Assembly: GCA_963786955.1 (NCBI GenBank)
Contig: CAWBAT010000009.1
Coordinates: 32,001-96,000 of the forward strand
Length of the DNA stretch: 64,000 nucleotides
Direction: 5' to 3'
Origin: an uncultured Acidimicrobiia bacterium
GTDB taxonomy: Bacteria; Acidobacteriota; Terriglobia; Versatilivoradales; Versatilivoraceae
A program made the translations under genes and the position numbers. The stretch's first letter is position 1; each line of letters opens with the position of its first letter. Of this stretch, positions 60,931-64,000 are shown one piece after another. Below the pieces are notes generated by a model, which saw only the letters and a list, made by a program, of their open reading frames with translations, did not search any database and was not told the DNA's origin.

Positions 60931-63900
60931 GTGCTAAAGCTTAAGCGAATTCAGATTCAGGGATTTAAATCATTTGCAGACAAAGTGGAGATGGTCTTTG
61001 AGGACAACGGGATCACCGCCATTGTGGGTCCCAACGGTTGCGGGAAAAGCAATATTTCCGATGCCATTGCCTGGGTCTTAGGAGAGCAGAGCGCCAAATC
61101 ACTCCGGGGCGGCCGGATGGAAGACGTGATCTTTAATGGAACTCGCGCCCGACTACCGCTGGGCTTCGCGGAAGTCATTCTGACTCTGGCGGATCCAGAA
61201 GTGCTGAAAGAAGCCAATGCCGACAACGCACAGACCGCAGCGGCTCAACTTCCTATGCCCCTCCAGGCCACCGCGGACCCGTTCGAAGAGTCTGCTGCTG
61301 AAAGCGAGGAGGAGATCCCGAGGGAGACCACCCTTGCCGGAGGAGCCGGCACGGCGGTACTCGTTCGGCGGAAACGCCGGCCGAAGTTTCAGCCCAAACC
61401 TGGAGAGCTGGTGGTTTCACGCCGCCTTTTTCGCTCCGGCGAAAGCGAATATCTTCTAAACGGGAAAATTGTTCGCTTACGCGACGTTCAAGATATCTTC
61501 TTCGGGACGGGTCTTGGGCCGGATACTTATGCCATTATCGAACAGGGACGGGTGGGACTGATTCTCAGCTCAAAACCCTCTGACCGGCGCGCCCTCATAG
61601 AAGAAGCCGCGGGCATTACCAAGTTTAAGACCAAACGCAAACTGGCTGAATCCAAGCTCGAACAAGCCAAGCAAAACTTGCTTCGCGTCAATGACATTAC
61701 CGAAGAAGTTTCTCGCCAGCTCGGCTCTTTGAAGCGTCAGGCCGCCAAGGCCAGACGTTATCGGGAACTTCGTGACCAATTTCGCGAGCTTTCTCGCCAA
61801 TTGTTTCGAGAGCGCGCCCAAATTCTTAATGATTCTCTGCAGTTAAACCAACAGCAGTTGGATGCCGCATCAGACCAGTATTCCTCAAAGCACGCGGAAA
61901 TCGAAAATCAAGAAGGCCGTTATCGCGAAAACAATGCCCAAATCTATAAGGTCGAAACCCAGCTGACAGCGCTTCGCAAACAACTCGCGGCGCTTAATTT
62001 AGAAGTGGAACGCGGCCAACAGCGTATTCATTTTCAAAAGGAGCAGTTGACTGAACTGGATGCCCGGTCTCAAGACAATGATCGTGAAATCGCTCATCTC
62101 GACATGCAGGAAACTCAATATCAGAATGAGATTCTCGCAAAACAGCAGGCGGTTGAAGAGGCGGCGGGGCAGTTTGAACGGCTGCAACAGGAATTTCTTT
62201 CTCAAAACTCCAATTATCAACTGATCCAATCCAAGGTCCAGGAGATGGAAGTCTCTCAGGAGACAAATCAGCGAAAACTATTGGATTGCGTGAGCCTGGC
62301 TGCAACCCAGCGTAATCAAATCGAACAATTAGATGAATTGGAAACTCGATTAGACAATCAACTCAAGCGGTTAGAGCAGGAGGTTCAAGACTCGGTTCTG
62401 GCCAGAGGACGCCTGTTCGAGGAAAAGCAGGTCTCACAACTTCGCGAAAAAGAAGCCGATCAGCGGTTACGGGAGCTCAAGGGAGAGATTTCAGCAGAGA
62501 GCGCCACCCTTTCCGGCCTCAAGGAAGAGTCCACCGCGGCCCAGCAAATTTTGCTGGAGCAGAAAGACCAGATGAACGCGTCTACCCACCGTTTAAAATC
62601 CCTCGAAGACCTGGACGCTCATCACGCGTACACGTCTGAAGCTGTCCGCATGCTTTTAGCGCAGACTCAAGAAGAGTCGACGACGCATTTCCAGACCCCC
62701 GGTATCCTGGCAGACTTGGTGGAAGTCGAAAGCCCATACGAGGCGGTCGTTGAGGCTTTTCTGAAACAGGAATTAGAATATATTCTGGTCGAGTCCGATG
62801 AGCGGGTCAATGAAGGCATCCAGTTGCTTAAGGAGAAGAGTGCGGGTCGTTCCACATTCTTAGTTTACGGTGAGGGCTCCACTCCCCACACGGACTTCAG
62901 ATTGGATGAGCAGGCCAACGCAGCCCTTCAGGCAGACGAGACCCTCGTTCCGCTGAGAGCAATCGTAAAGCTTCCCGATTCCTTCGAAACAGCGATTCGA
63001 GAGGGCATGTTTCATCTGGCGCAGGCATTTATCGCTTCCAGCTATGCCCAAGCCGGCAAACTGGCCCGCAAATTCCCGGGCCTGATATTTCTTTCTCCGG
63101 ATGGAGAAGTGGCCCGGGGACGCCTGATCACAGGCGGAGGGAAACCGCCCAGTGGGCATTTTTCTCTCAAACGCGAAATTCGCGAACTGGGCCGGAAAAT
63201 CGGGCAACTGGAGAAGTCGATCGTCACCGTTGAAGAAAAACATCAAGCTTTGCAGGAATCCATCCACTCGGGTGAAGCCCGGTTGACAGAGTTCAAAGAC
63301 AAAGCACAAGAGCTGGAAAAAGAGCTTTTCGCTGTCGACTTGCGCTTTAAACAGATTCTCGGTGAGATCGAGACCCTGGGACAGCGTCATCACCTCGCCC
63401 AACTGGAGTTGCAGCGAACCGAAGTCGAAAAGGGCCAAGTCCAGATACGCCGAACTCAATATCAATCCGATATTGAGAGCGCTGATGCCGAGCGACTTGA
63501 TATTGAAACTCAAATCGGCACTCAACAGGAGGCCTTAAAACAGCTCAAGGAGCAGGCCAATATCGAAGCCCAAAATCTAGGCGAACTCCGCTCCGAGCTC
63601 GCCACTTTTCGAGAAAGGAAGCAAGCTGCTGAAGTTGAGTTGTCCCGGCTTACAGCCAGCTTAAGCGAATGCTCCGATCGGAAAATCCGCCTTGAAGCCC
63701 AGAAGGCCGGGTGGAAAGCTCAATCCCTCGACATTCAAGCTGCGATTGAGCAGGTTGAGCAAGCGCTCTTTAATCAGGCGGTCCAAAAGGCCTCCCTGGA
63801 AGCCGAAATACGCTCCGCCGAGACTTCCTTGAATGAAGCGCGGATTCTCCAACAGGAGATTGAAGAAGAATTGAAAAAACTACGCCTTGAATTAGAGCAG

Positions 63901-64000
63901 CTCCAGAGCCTGCGGACTGGTTACGAAATTGAGCGAGCTCGACTCAGTTCAGACCACAACCACTTAGAAGAAACCTGCCTGACTGAACTCGGGATCAGAC
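60931..64000 (+). CDS. smc: Chromosome segregation protein SMC (partial, runs off the right edge)
   Basis: GTG start; MLKLKRIQIQGFKSFAD, GPNGCGKSN Walker A, AIIEQG Q-loop, EEAAGITKFK, coiled coil, hinge GILADLVEV...SPDGEVARGRLITGG; no stop before the window end. Confidence 0.96.
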   Translation, partial: MLKLKRIQIQGFKSFADKVEMVFEDNGITAIVGPNGCGKSNISDAIAWVLGEQSAKSLRGGRMEDVIFNGTRARLPLGFAEVILTLADPEVLKEANADNAQTAAAQLPMPLQATADPFEESAAESEEEIPRETTLAGGAGTAVLVRRKRRPKFQPKPGELVVSRRLFRSGESEYLLNGKIVRLRDVQDIFFGTGLGPDTYAIIEQGRVGLILSSKPSDRRALIEEAAGITKFKTKRKLAESKLEQAKQNLLRVNDITEEVSRQLGSLKRQAAKARRYRELRDQFRELSRQLFRERAQILNDSLQLNQQQLDAASDQYSSKHAEIENQEGRYRENNAQIYKVETQLTALRKQLAALNLEVERGQQRIHFQKEQLTELDARSQDNDREIAHLDMQETQYQNEILAKQQAVEEAAGQFERLQQEFLSQNSNYQLIQSKVQEMEVSQETNQRKLLDCVSLAATQRNQIEQLDELETRLDNQLKRLEQEVQDSVLARGRLFEEKQVSQLREKEADQRLRELKGEISAESATLSGLKEESTAAQQILLEQKDQMNASTHRLKSLEDLDAHHAYTSEAVRMLLAQTQEESTTHFQTPGILADLVEVESPYEAVVEAFLKQELEYILVESDERVNEGIQLLKEKSAGRSTFLVYGEGSTPHTDFRLDEQANAALQADETLVPLRAIVKLPDSFETAIREGMFHLAQAFIASSYAQAGKLARKFPGLIFLSPDGEVARGRLITGGGKPPSGHFSLKREIRELGRKIGQLEKSIVTVEEKHQALQESIHSGEARLTEFKDKAQELEKELFAVDLRFKQILGEIETLGQRHHLAQLELQRTEVEKGQVQIRRTQYQSDIESADAERLDIETQIGTQQEALKQLKEQANIEAQNLGELRSELATFRERKQAAEVELSRLTASLSECSDRKIRLEAQKAGWKAQSLDIQAAIEQVEQALFNQAVQKASLEAEIRSAETSLNEARILQQEIEEELKKLRLELEQLQSLRTGYEIERARLSSDHNHLEETCLTELGIR

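Noticed and set aside
60957-63852. Many short minus-strand ORFs near the right end
   Set aside because: All lie antisense to smc, which the ORF track missed because it has no stop in the window.

Overview
Bacterial chromosomal window of moderate GC. Gene families and architectures suggest Acidobacteriota (inference, no search run). It carries (i) a ~19.5 kb MoxR/DUF58/vWA/BatA-type cluster with DUF4159, a caspase-fold-like protein, a TPR-gluzincin and a giant coiled-coil protein, split by an inverted OmpA-like + beta-propeller unit; (ii) a divergent RpoD-like sigma factor followed by a Cys-rich MerR/HspR-like regulator; (iii) a small glycosyltransferase/methyltransferase operon; (iv) housekeeping genes (ligA, phoH-ybeY-CNNM-era-queE, nnr-tsaE-bshB1-bshA, tRNA-Gly(GCC), trpB2, galT, cysS, and smc running off the right end, absent from the ORF track); and (v) an accessory two-component + arylsulfatase + DUF2490 block. 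The most notable unexplained signals are a dispersed two-stem hairpin element in three same-strand intergenic copies with a compensatory base change, a sigma54 promoter embedded in an inverted repeat, three frameshifted genes (two at G homopolymers), and a long insertion in the SMC head. No CRISPR array, rRNA, transposase or integrase was recognised.
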